This document shows positions 12,496 through 24,600 of a DNA stretch of 64,000 nt, piece by piece. The stretch is from Microbotryum violaceum. Lineage: Eukaryota. Position 1 is the stretch's first letter. Every line of letters starts with the position of its first letter. The notes beneath the pieces were generated by a model that was not told the DNA's origin, did no database searches, and saw only the letters and a list, made by a program, of their open reading frames with translations. The stretch is taken from the NCBI GenBank assembly GCA_001244265.2, contig CDLV01000006.1:2790001-2854000 (forward strand), given 5' to 3'. A program made the position numbers and the translations under genes.

Positions 12496-13374
12496 ATGAC
12501 CTCAACCAGCACAACCCCACGCACTCTCTCGGCCGGCTCCTCGATCCCGTTCTCCGCGCTGGCGCAATACGTGAACCACCCTATCCGAGTCTTGCTCGTT
12601 CCGATCCCAGCTACATCATCAACTACACCCTCCACACCAGCAAATGGTCTCCCCTCCCGAACAGCTCAAGGAACGCTCTACACCGTAGATCACCACACTC
12701 AATGTCTGGTCCTAACAACACCTTCCACCTCGTCGACCTCGACGACGAACAAGTCCTCTTCCTCCACGACGACGACGAGGAACTATTCCTTTCATCCTTT
12801 CTCCTCAATCCAATCCACCACTCTCTTATCCACATTACCCGATCCTTCCCTACCTCCACTTTCAACTTCCACCTCCAAAAACACTCCGGACCTTCGTATG
12901 GACCAAGAAGAGATGAAACTACGAATCGAAAAGGGCGTGGCCGCACTCGTCAAGGAAAGGAGTAGGAAACCACCTCAGGGTGTGGTTGTCACACCCGAGA
13001 CGCAGGCGCTATTTGATGGATTGGCAAAGACGATGCCTGTGAGGTGGCATGGCGCGTGAGTTGGCCGGATCCGGTAGCACTGAGGTAGTCAGACGCGTCG
13101 GGACTAACTCAAGGGGTTCCTTTTTGGCGGTGATTAGGCAAATCATCGTCATGGATCAAGTCATCATCTCACCACCCTACACGGTCGATCAAGTCAAGGG
13201 AGAAAAGGGCGCACACGAAGGTGTCGAACGCGTCAAGAAAGTTGTACGTAGAACCGCGCTCCTCGATTACGCCATGCTCACAGTTTCGGCACCCGTTGAC
13301 CGTGGTCGTAGATTTTAATTTTACAGTTGCAAGGGGAACGACAGAGGAGGAACAACAAGCCTACAACATCATAG
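12496..13374 (+). CDS. LSM12: Lsm12-like protein (LSM plus anticodon-binding AD domain), 2 introns
   Basis: GTLYTVD (Sm-like), VTPETQALFDGLAKTMPVRW, IIVMDQVIISPPY, ERVKKV/LQGER, stop TAG at 13372-13374. Confidence 0.8.
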
Positions 13375-13994
13375 ACACTCAGAGAAACTCAGCAGCACGG
13401 GCGAAGGGCAATATCGGGTGGACAATTCTGCCGACTATCGCGGGGGGTTTGCGCTGAGTGCGGGACAAGAGCACACGCGATCGATGTTGTAAGGTAGAAA
13501 TAGAGTATAGCAAATGTGCGAACTATATGTAAAAGGACGCCATTCGAACCAAGTCCTAAATCCTGTCGCAGTGTGTCTCCACCCCAGCGCAGCTGCTCAA
13601 CGGTACATCCATCGCCTCCTGCCCACTTTCCTTCGTTTGGTGACAGAAATTCGAGAAGAAGTTGGCTTGGGAGCGCCCTCATCGCAGGTTCGGTCTTGAT
13701 GCTTTGGCTCCTCGTCCAAAATGACCTTGAAGAACTTTGACAATGGCTTGTTGCGACGGTCAAGGTTGGCGTTAGCACGCGCTCTTTACCTCCTCGATGA
13801 CTCATCGAAAAAGAAAAAAGAAAAAGATTCTCGAAAAAAGTGCGAAAAAGAACCATGCTATCGTGCTATTGATCTCTTTCGAACGGCTCTCCGAATCCAA
13901 AGGGTCGCCAAACCTCCTGACTCTTTGTCGGCTGACGTTCCTGAAAAAAGTCCGAGCGATCACCGCTACGAAACCCTAACCAACTATCAACGTG

Positions 13995-14727
13995 TCGGCC
14001 TCAAACTTTCTTCCGTGGCCCCTTCTCCAGATTTTTTCATTCACGGTCACTCTCCGAAGCGTGGCCTAGCCGAGCAAAGCCGTGAAAATCTTCACACTTG
14101 GTCAAGATACGCAACACTTTCTCAAGAGTCAAATCTCGGAAGGTGTTGCCGAGATCGAGATCATCCCGGTCGAGTGTTGCCCGCCCCTAGTTCGAAACGC
14201 CAGCGTGCCGTCGCGCTGTCTTCGAGATAAGCATGTTCTTGGTCGACGGCATCAACGTAATTGAGCATTTGTGTCCCCGACTACCCCTCTCCGACTTGTC
14301 GCGGTCGCGGATGCCTGGAAGTGGGAGTGTTCGCAAGGTTTTGTAGCAACCGTTGTGTGACAGCGTTAGGCTCCCGGACGTTGCCTGACTTCTTGTGTTC
14401 GACCAACTTCCATAAATCCAAAGCTAGGGGTAGTCGAGGAGACTTTAAATACTCAATAGCCTCTGATGCCGTCGGCCAAGAACATGCTTATCTCCAAAAC
14501 GGCGCGACGGCTGGCGTTTCGAACAAGTGGCGGGCAGCACGTGAACTCGACCGGGATGATCTCGATCTCAGTAACACCTTCGGGGATACGAATCTTGAAG
14601 AAAATGTTGGTGTACCTTGACTAAGTGCCAAGATTTTCACAGCTTTGCTCGGCTAGGCCACGCTTTGGAGAGTGACCGTGAACGAAAAAATCTGGAGAAG
14701 GGGCCACGGAAGAAAGTTTGAGGCCGA
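13995..14727. mobile_element. Foldback/MITE-like element with ~290-bp imperfect inverted arms
   Basis: TCGGCCTCAAACTTTCTTCCGTGGCCCCTTCTCCAGATTTTT at 13995 is mirrored at 14727. Pairing can be followed inward to ~14290/14421. No TSD is evident. Confidence 0.8.
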
Positions 14728-14900
14728 GTTAGTACGATGTTCACGAGATAAGCGAAATCATCCGGCCCGCCGCAGCTTTAGCAGTTTTTCACGTGTACGA
14801 TGTACATGAACACGTGATTCATGAACATCAGGTACGCGATTGTGTCCATGACGCCGAGGCCGAGCCTGTTTGAATCCGCCGTGGGAATTTGTCGAAAAAC

Positions 14901-15236
14901 GACGGCACACTGTCCGCTTTCATCGACTCCGCCTACCACTGCACTTCAGTTTGGTTCCTCACTGCCGATCGCCGATCCACTTGCCACCCCTTTCAAGTTG
15001 CCAACCCCTGCGTCGGTGAGACTGCCACACACAACCCCGCTAAACGCAGCGAGTTCCATTGAGCGCGTGATGATTTGATGATTGGTCATGAATCGCCGCG
15101 TATAGCGGAGTTGTGTGCGGCAGTCTCACCGACGCAGGGGCAGGGGTTGGCAAAAGGGTGGCGGCAACTTGAGGATCGGCAGTGAGGAACCAAACTGAAG
15201 TGGTAGGCGAAGTCGATAAAGCGAAGGTGCCCTGTC
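14901..15236. repeat. Second foldback element (~150-bp imperfect arms)
   Basis: CACTTCAGTTTGGTTCCTCACTGCCGATC and CCCCTGCGTCGGTGAGACTGCC recur in reverse complement at ~15119-15202. Confidence 0.8.
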
Positions 15237-15963
15237 CTGACTCCATTTGTGAAAATATGTCCTACGACACAGTAAAGAATCGTTTCAAGTTTGTCGTGTA
15301 TCAGCTAATCCGAGCGCTGATTGAATCCAAAGGCGGAGTGGATTAAGCGCGCTTTCTCACCTCCGTGCAGACGGGCCTTCAAGCTGCGATGGGACTGGTA
15401 TTCGAACGTGAAGTGGTTCGACGTGCTTCATCACAACTGTACTCATTCTGCATGTGAAAATAGTATACATAGGAATCGTTTAAGAAGTGTGTGTTAGAGA
15501 GTGTACAAGGTCCGGATCGTTATCGACAGCGCTTTGAAGCGACTCTGCTTGCCTCGGCCGCGGGAGCCGTTGTCGGTGAGGCCGGCGAGGGTCTTCGATA
15601 GGAGAGGGGTAGCGACGCCGAGAAGCCAAGACCAGCGGATCTAGCGTTTGTTAGATTTTGTCTTTGAATAAGACTAGCTGGAATTTATGGCTTTAAATTT
15701 TAAACCACAATCTAGCGCAGAGCCGGCCAGAGTGCGGGTCGAAAGGGCGGGTGCGGGTGCGTTGGCGATGCAGGCAGAGCGGTGGTGGTGGCGGGAACGA
15801 TCGAGGAAGACACTTGTAGCAACAGTAGAGTTGGCTGACCAGAGTGTTTAGTACTGTGTCCATGTCGTTACTCTCTGAGCTGGTTGTGGTGTGAACGACC
15901 ACGTGGGGGTCGGAAGAAGAAAGGACGCGACGCGCGCCATAGTAAAAAAGTCCGCTGAAAAGT

Positions 15964-16014
15964 GATGATCCTGGCAGATGATCCTGGCAGATGATCCTGG
16001 CAGATGATCCTGGC
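15964..16014. repeat. 13-bp tandem repeat (GATGATCCTGGCA) x~4
   Basis: Read directly from the sequence. Confidence 0.9.
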
Positions 16015-16739
16015 CGGTTGCCAAAGGCGACCAACGGGCGGCGCCAAGGGAGTCGAAAGGCGAGTGCGGTGTGATCACTCCGTCTAGTTAGACCCAACTA
16101 TTCTCGCTCGCAACATCGCCTGTTGCTCGCTCGAAACTTCAGGATGTTTTGCTTTCCACGCCTCTCCGCGCCAACAAACCTCTTTCTCCCAACATTTTCG
16201 TTCCAAATCGAGCCCGCAGGACCTAGTACTAGCCTCTCCTCGTCGCGAACTCTACAGGAATTCCCAGGCCGGAGCATCGGACTCCCACAAAGAGTCTTTC
16301 AGTTGCTACAACGTCACCACGTCCCACTCTCGTGCCAGTTTGGCTTCGGCCTACGCGGACTCGCCGGTCATTGTCTCGTCGGAGTTGTTTGACATCGCGT
16401 CCAACGCGGCCAGACCAGAATGTTGTGGATTTGGACTTGGAGTACCAATGAATGAAGGAAGATTCGCTGTAGCTACACGGCGTTGATAGATGACCTATTG
16501 TGAGATAGAGTATCGCCAAGGTCAATCAACTTGTAGCAGGCGAATGGGCGAGATAGATATCGAGTGTGTGTTAAAGAAGAAGGAGAGAGTGAACGAGACC
16601 AGAGCCTTAGATAGTATCCGCGTGCAAGCCACCTCTGAGTCCAATCAATACGCCACACCGCCATCTGCCTCCATCCGGCGCCGCGCCAACTTCCCAATGC
16701 CACAAGTCCCTCTGGACCGCTGACCCTTTACTAACTTCC

Positions 16740-16930
16740 CACAACACAGAAGCGATACCATTGAGTCTGTTCGCGCCTGGAGCCAGCAACAAGGTGAAGA
16801 TGGGTCAAACTATCTCTTTCGCCACGACCAAGGACCGCTCGGCTACTCTCCAACCAGTAGGTCACTGCATCAACTCGATCACTCAGCCTTGCTCACTTTC
16901 GACGGGTGGCAGCTGGCTTGGTTCCTGTAC
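16740..16930 (+). pseudogene. Possible relic of a MULE-type transposase
   Basis: DTIESVRAWSQQQGEDGSNYLFRHDQ...LLTFDGWQLAWFL loosely resembles the region just before the DDE core of MULE transposases. It lies in a TE-rich block. Confidence 0.25.
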
Positions 16931-17199
16931 GTCGCCCTGATGTCTGACATACTCAAACGACCACCTTTCGCCCTTCGATACGACAACAATTTTCGCTCGA
17001 TATCACCCTTCGACTCTCGATCGCTCGCGGCCGCCGGTTCTTCAGCACCGGTTCCAGTCTCTACTTCATGTGCGGATTGACGACGTCCTTGGACCACCCA
17101 CTCATTCGTCTCTGCCACGAATTCGACTCGGATGCCTTCACTCGTTCCTCGTCCGGAGCCTTGTATCACAAGTTCTCCAATCGCCAGTGAGTTTTCTCG

Positions 17200-17532
17200 C
17201 ACCTTTCATACGGCCATGTTCGGCTTTACTTCGTATGGCCATGTTCGGCTTTACTTCTATCATATGGAGGGGTAACAACGCGGAGCGAACGAAACAGATT
17301 AATTAGTGAACTTGTATGGGATTTCTGGGCAGGTGACACTGGAAGTGTGGAAAATGTAGAAAACGAAGAGCACGGGGTCGAAGAGCGAGGTTTGAGAAAA
17401 TGACCCCTTGCATAGGAGACAGCGACCACATTCGAGAACGGATGCGACCGTATGAAAGGTGTAAAGCCGAATATCTGAATGATAGATACAAAGTCGAACA
17501 TGGCCATATGATAGAAGTAAAGCCGAACATGG
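17200..17532. repeat. Small element with modular inverted repeats
   Basis: GGCCATGTTCGGCTTTACTTC is tandem at ~17212-17257 and inverted at ~17510-17532. CACCTTTCATACGG (17200) is inverted at 17448-17461. Confidence 0.6.
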
Positions 17533-17977
17533 AGAGAACGACCGCAAAAGTGATTACAAATGAATCAAGTATCCCTTTACGCGTAAGTAATAATTGTATT
17601 GTTTATTAATCGATCTCACGCCTATTATCCTGGCACCATTTCGGGAGATCATCGTCCCAGCACCGTGCCCAGACCGCCGCCAATTCCGGGACCATCCTTG
17701 TCACGCGTACCGGTGTCGCGCATATGGTCATCAAGCTGGATTGGCCAGGCCTTCCACGTATACACGGAGGCTGGCGCCGGTGCCGCACGAATTCGAAGCC
17801 ATGTCTCCCTTTCTGAGACTTTAATCTCGGAGGAATTGTGCAGTCCTACCCAGTGATGCGAACCTGAATCCTTCTAATTTTGCATGCACTGTATTTCAAA
17901 CGAGAAAAACGGAACTGGGCTTAAACTTGGTATTGCACTCACATCTTTGTTCAAACACCTTCCCCATCTTACCCCCC

Positions 17978-19966
17978 TCAATCGACCTGCAAATCATCGA
18001 CCTTACCAAAGTTCTCAAAGTAGGCTTCGAACAGCTGAATCAACAAAGCCATGTCCTTTGTGCCCGCCGTTTCGCGAATGGAGTGCATCGACAATTGAGG
18101 GCAACCGATCTGGGAATGATTCAAGGCGAATTAGCTTCTGCCTTGCGATGGCTTAAGTGAGAGATCAACCTCTTATGAAAGACTCACATCGACCGTCCTC
18201 AACCCAATTTTGGACACCAAAGGCCCGATCGTCGAACCACACGCCATATCGTTCCTCACTTCATATTCCTGCAACGGCACTTGCGCGATCGCGGCGACTC
18301 TACGAAGCAAGAACGTCGTCTGCGCATTCGACGCATACCGTTGTTTCGCATTCGTCTTGATCGCTGGTCCGGAGTTTATCAAAGGGCGGTTCAGGTCTTC
18401 GTATCGTTCGGGGAAGGAAGGGTGGAGCGAATGACCCATATCGGTGGAGAGGAGGAAGGATCGGGATAGGGCGCGTTGGTACGCCGAGGTGGTGGATTCG
18501 GAGGGGGATTTGAGCGCGACGGCGACCCTTTCGATCGTCGATTCGATAAAGTTGGATTCTGCACCAAAGGCCGACACGGAGCCGACTTCTTCGTGATCGA
18601 ACAGGGCAATCATCGATACGCGACCATCGGAGCTTGTTGTGGCCCATGTTGGGGACGACACGGATTGGATCAGACCTTGGACGGCGGCGAAGGAGGAGAA
18701 GAGGTTGTCGAGACGAGGGGAGAAGATGAACTCGTTCAAGGCACCGCCGATCGTCGAGGGTTGGACGTCGAAGAGGGAGAGCTCAAAGTCGTGGATCTGG
18801 GCAGGAGATACTTCCTCGCCCAAGGATTTGGAGAGAGAAGAGGCGACGGCATGCAACATGATGGCTATTGGGAGAGCCCGTGAATCAGCCTGGAACATTC
18901 AAGCGCGGTCAGGGCAGGAGCTATCGGTGACTGACGATGGTGATGGCTCGTGATGGCCAGAGGATCCTTGAACGATACCGTGGCCGCATCGTGCTCCTGA
19001 GCAAACGCCTCATTCAACGCCTTGTTGGCCATCGCCAGGATAGGGACCATCTGCGTCTCGGTGTTGTAGTCGAATCGGTCTGTTCCAGTTCGCTCGAGGT
19101 GGATGGCGAGCGTCGGCATACGCAGGATCGGTTCACGATGCAAGACGAGGTGCGACGCGTACTCGACACCTTGACTTTTGGATGAGGCTGTACCGGAGAG
19201 GGTCACGCGACCGGCGATGCCAAGATCCCGGTCGAGCCAGGTCTGCCAGATCCCCCCACCATAGGTTTCGACGCCGACCTGGGCAAAGCCAAGCTTTTCC
19301 CTCCGCGAGACGGGCTTGACGATGAAGCGCGGCGAGTCCGTGTGGCAGCTGGAGATTACAGTATAAGGCTTCAACATCAGCTGTTACATTCGGGCATCCG
19401 TGCCTCCTCTCCGGCCCCGGGGGCCGAGACTGACCCTACGATACTCATCCCCCTCGGTTTGTGCTCGTCCTCCTTCTTGTATTCGGGCACGGCGAAAGCA
19501 ATCAAGGAGCTCTGGTTGCGGGTAACGTAGTACTTTCCTCCCGGACGGATCTTGTCCCCTTGGTCCCAGGCATCCTTCTCGGACAGGCGCGTGAAGCCGA
19601 CGGCCTCGAGGCGCGAGACTGCTTCGGCAACGGCATGGAACGGGGTCGGCGAGGCGTTGACATAGTTAATGAAGGCACGGGCTGGACAGGGACAGAGAAG
19701 AATCACGGTTAGCCTGAGGTAGTCTGTACGGTTCGAAGCGGAAGTGCGGGCTGAGGAAGGTGGCGGTGAGAGGAGGTGTGGGGCGACCGCGTGGTCCGTT
19801 CCGCCGTCGACGGGTTGACCCTTTGAAGTACTCACCCGGTGCGAGGGAAGATTTGGTGGCCGACATGGTCTGTTGCAGCAGCACACGCAGCGAAGAGCGC
19901 TTGCGGAGAACACGTCAGCTTGAGCAATTCCAATCTCAACAGCTCGTTGTCTAGGGGACTTACCAT
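17978..19966 (-). CDS. APE4: Aspartyl aminopeptidase (M18 family), multi-exon
   Basis: [84 protein letters not shown]. The start could be 19966 or 19866. Confidence 0.93.
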
Positions 19967-20194
19967 GGAGAGGGTGAACGCACCAAGTGAGGAGCGGAAG
20001 GAGAGAGGCGTGTGGGTCACACACTGCCTGAAATAGAAGCGCGACCGAATTGCCGAGGGCTAAGTCCGGCAGTTCAGATTTCAAATCTCAAATTTGAGCG
20101 CCAAGTCTATGGCGCGCTCCACATGCGCCAAGCGCGCGCTCCCTCCTTGCTCAAACGAACCTCCGTCCTCGTCTGAAACGACTTCAACACCAAC

Positions 20195-21192
20195 ATGGCC
20201 GCACGGATCATCGCAGTAGGAGTCGTCCTTGCCTCGCTCTCTTCCTCTGTACTCTCCGTAAGTCGTTCGCCCTCGCGTTCGCGTTGCTCTCGTCCTCCGC
20301 GACGACGAGCTTGGCTCCGCTCACCCAATCCCACTGTGGAAACCGCACATTTTACAGGCCACCCAATCTCACCCTCTCTACCATCGCTTCCAACCCCAGC
20401 GAGGTCCATCACCCGCCGGTTTCTCCGAGGAGTGGTACCAGCGCGGCGTTGTGCACGTCGATACCGAAGCCGAAACGGCATGGTTCGACGACTCATCTCC
20501 ACTTTCGGGAGACGGATCAACGTCCAAGTGGTGGAGGATTGAACAGGTGCCTTTTCCTCAAGGCGTAGAAGAGAGGGTGGTGTATCAAGTTGCGGTGGGC
20601 GAGGATCAGGCGACGGTGATTAGTGTTGATTCGGTACGTTCAGCGCTGACGATTAGACTTTGCTCTGAACCTCACTGACACTTAGAGGTGTTTCCCTTCT
20701 TGTTTCAGTGCATCCTCAAACATGCCGTAACGAACAAGAAATTTAACGAGTCCTTGTCCTTGACATTCTTGGGGGATGAGCTGCTGTCGACGAGGTACGA
20801 GACCAACACGATCCACGAGGGCTGTGGATGGAAGGAAGGGAGGGGTGAATGGGTCAGAGGGCCTGGTCACGATGGGCCGAGTATGGAGGTCACCATACAG
20901 ACACCTGTCAGACCAGAAGGGTAAGCTCAGCGGCATCTTCCTCTCGAGAAATGCTTGATGACCTTGCGACTGACCCAATCCTTCCCCCCACACTCTCCAA
21001 AGACCCATCTTCAAGCCGATCGACCCGGAAGAACCCATCGTCGTCGGTGAAGACGGCAAAATTGTCCCCCCACCACCGGAAAAGGGCTTCTTGGCCAAGT
21101 ACTGGATGTACATCCTCCCCGTCGTCGTCTTGTTGATGATGGGTGGTCCGGACGAACAGACTGGGCCACCGGGGACCGCTGGGGGAAAGTAG
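20195..21192 (+). CDS. EMC10: ER membrane protein complex subunit 10-like, multi-exon
   Basis: Signal peptide MAARIIAVGVVLASLSSSVLS and C-terminal PPPEKGFLAKYWMYILPVVVLLMMGG TM motif. Confidence 0.72.
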
Positions 21193-22138
21193 AGGGTTCC
21201 GGCGGGTTTCGCAATGCATGCGTTGAATTCATTCGAGCAACACGAAAACGGGTGGCTGCTGTGCTCTTTCGCTTTGAGGCGGGAATTTGAGGCACCTGAG
21301 CCGCATTCGGGGAAGTGCACGGGTGAGCTTATGTGAGATCGCAAGTCAGAGGAAGAACGCAAGAGGAGACCAGCTCCTTTGAATTCCAGGGAACCAACGA
21401 ATGATAGAGTGAAAGAAAGAAAAAACGTAAATGACGTAGAACAGCCGGGTGCTCGGCAAGGATAAGGCTTTGTTGGAATATTGAGGTCCCAAAATTTGAG
21501 CCCCTGAATCGAATTCCTCACTTTGGAGCGTCTTGCTAAGCCAAGGGTTCTATGGGCACAATAGCACCAGTCCATACCCCTCTGAATAAGAGTTATTAAT
21601 ACAGTGATATGGTGCATCAATGGCTATTCTCCCTTTTGCCAGCGTGCAGACTGCAGAGTGTCATGGGAGGGGCCGTAAGTTAAGACGCTCGTGTCATTGG
21701 CAATTGGGTGAATTTTTTGTCACAGTTATTGGTTAAGCGTCTGAAGATTTTCTACTACGATTAGGTTTGATCTCATTATTATAGTTCTTATTTGCTAAAC
21801 GGAAGATATTATCACCTCACAAATCTTGCCCTGGCCTTACAATCTATTAGCTTGTTTAGATTGGTCTGCGCCTGAGTGACACTTTTCTCCTTAGTCTTAC
21901 TCCGTTCGCTCTCGCAATGGTTCTGACATCAGTGTCCTCAGGTGAGTTGTCATTACATATATTGTTCGTGCAACGGTTCTGATATAAGTGTCCTCAGTGC
22001 GAGATACATAGCGTCCCAAGTCCATCTTATTTTTGCGGTAAGTACTCACGTTCGATCTTTACTAACTAGTGACTAGATGGAATTAGTTCGCTCCAAGCTC
22101 GTTAGAGCTGAAGGTTTCGTTTCGAAATTTTGAAAAAT

Positions 22139-22184
22139 GGGGGGGGGGGGGGGGGGGGGGGGGGGGTCCGGGGGGGGGGGGGGG
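22139..22184 (+). repeat. Poly-G tract (G28-TCC-G15)
   Basis: Read directly; homopolymer length may be a sequencing artefact. Confidence 0.8.
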
Positions 22185-22333
22185 TCCCAGCCTCGAAAAT
22201 GATGCTATTCTGAGATTTTATTGGACGAAATGGCCGAAACACCCCGCACGCACGTGGCAGTTGAAGTCCCATAGGAGAGCCCAATTTCAGCGCTGATTGG
22301 TGCGGACAATGCTACCCCGGATAGGAGGACTCC

Positions 22334-22364
<31 letters not shown>
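22334..22364 (+). other. tRNA-Met(CAT) fragment (D-arm to anticodon arm, nt ~10-40) fused to a copia LTR end
   Basis: GAGC-AGCTGGTA-GCTC-G-TTGGG-CT-CAT-AA-CC gives a perfect D-stem, a D-loop with GG, and an initiator-type GGG anticodon-stem 5' strand. Acceptor stem and T-arm are absent. Confidence 0.75.
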
Positions 22365-22711
22365 TGTGAAGTTGCGACGACTGCTCAAGCGGTGGTAAGG
22401 CTCTGATCGACGGACCAAGGAGACCAGACCAAGAAGTTGCTTGATTACACACCTGCTCAAGCACTACAGTGAGTTATAATAGCTAGTAAAAGTAAAGGAA
22501 GAAGGAAGTGTAGTGCTCACCTGCTCAAGCAGTGGTAAGGCTCTGATCGACGGACCAAGGAGACCAGACCAAGAAGTTGCTTGAGCAGGAGAGAGAGGCG
22601 CGGAGCCAGTTGGCTCGGGTGAGCGCGCGGCTGGTCCAAAAGGAGGTAAGGTGAGACCAAGAAAAGGAGACATGATGCGAGAAGGAAACACAGGAGGTTG
22701 TCAATCTCACA
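22365..22711 (-). mobile_element. 3' LTR of a Ty1/copia element (347 bp)
   Basis: TGTGA...TCACA termini, preceded on the minus strand by a G7 polypurine tract (22712-22718). It has an internal 64-bp direct duplication (22381-22444 / 22521-22584). Confidence 0.85.
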
Positions 22712-24600
22712 CCCCCCCGACTTCGAGTATCAGGGAGAGCAGACGCCAAGTCGACCGCGATGCCGAGCAAACAGATCGCGAGACAAAGCCTTGGTGAAGA
22801 TATCGGCCGTCATCTCGCCGGTGGTGATGTACTGGACACTGATGTCGCCCAGGGAGACCATATCCCGGACAAAGTGTTCGCGGAGACGAATGTGCGAGTG
22901 CGAGCGTGGAAAACCGGATTCTTGGTGAGAGCGTTGGCGCCTTGGTTGTCGCCATAGATGAGTACAGGTCGGGAGGAAGGAAGCCCAAGCTCACCGAAGA
23001 GCTGACGCAGGAAGATAGCCTCCTGGCCAGCATGTGACAAGGCAAGGTACTCGGCGTCGCAAGTAGAGTCGGCAACCCGGGACTGGAGGCGAGATGACCA
23101 CGAGACGGCCGCGGCTGCGAAGACAAAGGTGTAACCCATGGTCGACTTGGAAGATAGGACGCAAGCACCCCAGTTACAGTCGGAGTAGCCAACCAAGGGC
23201 GCTGGATCCCACGAGCGTAGCGGAGGCCGTGAGACAGAGTGCCAGCGAGGTAGCGAAAAGCGTGCTTGACAGCGCCCCAGGCAGCGGCAGATGGTGACTG
23301 AGAGAACCGAGCCAAGTAACCGACGGTGTAGGCCAGGTCGGGGCGAGTACCGGTCGATGCGTACATGAGGGAGCCAATTGCCTGCAGGTACCGAGTGCGA
23401 TCCGGGAATGGGGTGGGCTGAAGCTCGACTTCGAGGCGGAGATCGGCCTGCATGGGCGTGGCAACAGGGTGGGCATCGGACATATCAAAACGAGCGAGGA
23501 TGTCCTTGAGGTACTGCTCCTGACTGAGGGAGATGGCGCCATCTGCAGAACGCCGAATCTGGATACCAAGGACGTACTCTGCCTCACCAAGGCGTTTGAC
23601 ACCATAGCGCTGCTCGAGGCCCTGGAGGGTGCGCTCGATCTCTGGGAGGGAAGGGCTGATCATGAGCAAGTCATCGACGTAGAGCGCGATATAGTGGCGC
23701 TCATCACCGGCAGTTCGGACATAAACACAGTGGTCAGACTCCGTGGCGACGTAGCCAAGAGCCGACAAGGCGGAGTCGATCTCGTCGTTCCAGATACGTC
23801 CAGCCTGGCGCAAGCCGAAGAGGGACCGGTGCAGCTGGAGGACCTTGCCGGGCATGTAGATTCCTTCGGGCACGCGAATGTACAGAGGTGTGTCCAGTTT
23901 ACCGTGCAGATAGGCCTTATCGATGTCAGCCTGGTGGACGTGGTACCCATGAGCGGCTGCAAGGGCCAGGAGTGCGCGAATGGATGTGAACTTGGCGACG
24001 GGTGTAAAGGTCTCGTCGAAATCGATGCCTGAACGCGGAGAGTCACCGCGAGCAACCAGTCGGCCTTTGTAAGACTTGATTCGGCCGTGTTGGTCGCGTT
24101 TCGTGCGGAAGACAAAGCCTGAACCGAGAACCTTAGAGTCCACGGGCACGAGGGACTCATCAATGGGTGTGAAGGCCGAGAAATCGCGGGATAGCGAGTC
24201 GAATTCGGCCTGGGCAGCGAGACGCCACTCGTCTGCTTGCGGGGTTGCCATCGCAGCGCGCCAGTGAGGAGGTCCCGGGCAGGTGCGATCAGGTCCGACG
24301 GGTCAGCGAGCGAGGTGTTGAGCAGAGCAGCGGCTCCAGAGGCGAGGTAGGCAACAGGCGGAGGCGAGTGAAGCGCAGCATCCATGTCGTCAGGGAAATT
24401 CTGCGCAAGGCAGATGGAAGCAACATCACCCGAGCGTGGCAAGAGGTTGATGGGGTCGGGCGATATGGATCGAGTGGGCGAGGGCGGCGCAGGCAATGGA
24501 TACGGTGGCTAGCCTGCCAAGTCGGCCCACACTCACCACACAGCTTGGCCGTCGTCAGCCGCCCCGAGTCCCCGCGCCAGAGCGCACTCAGCCAGGCCCA
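22712..24600 (-). mobile_element. 5'-truncated Ty1/copia pol fragment (RT plus RNase H, frameshifted)
   Basis: [79 protein letters not shown]. No gag, protease, integrase or 5' LTR is seen. Confidence 0.93.

Noticed and set aside
15964-16014. CRISPR-like array
   Set aside because: Spacerless 13-bp tandem repeat in a eukaryote.
20682-21620. 312-aa minus-strand ORF with a C2H2-like CRAPGC motif
   Set aside because: Half is antisense to EMC10 and the finger spacing is broken; at most a decayed relic.
22334-22364. Functional tRNA-Met gene
   Set aside because: No acceptor stem, T-arm or B-box; the fragment abuts an LTR.
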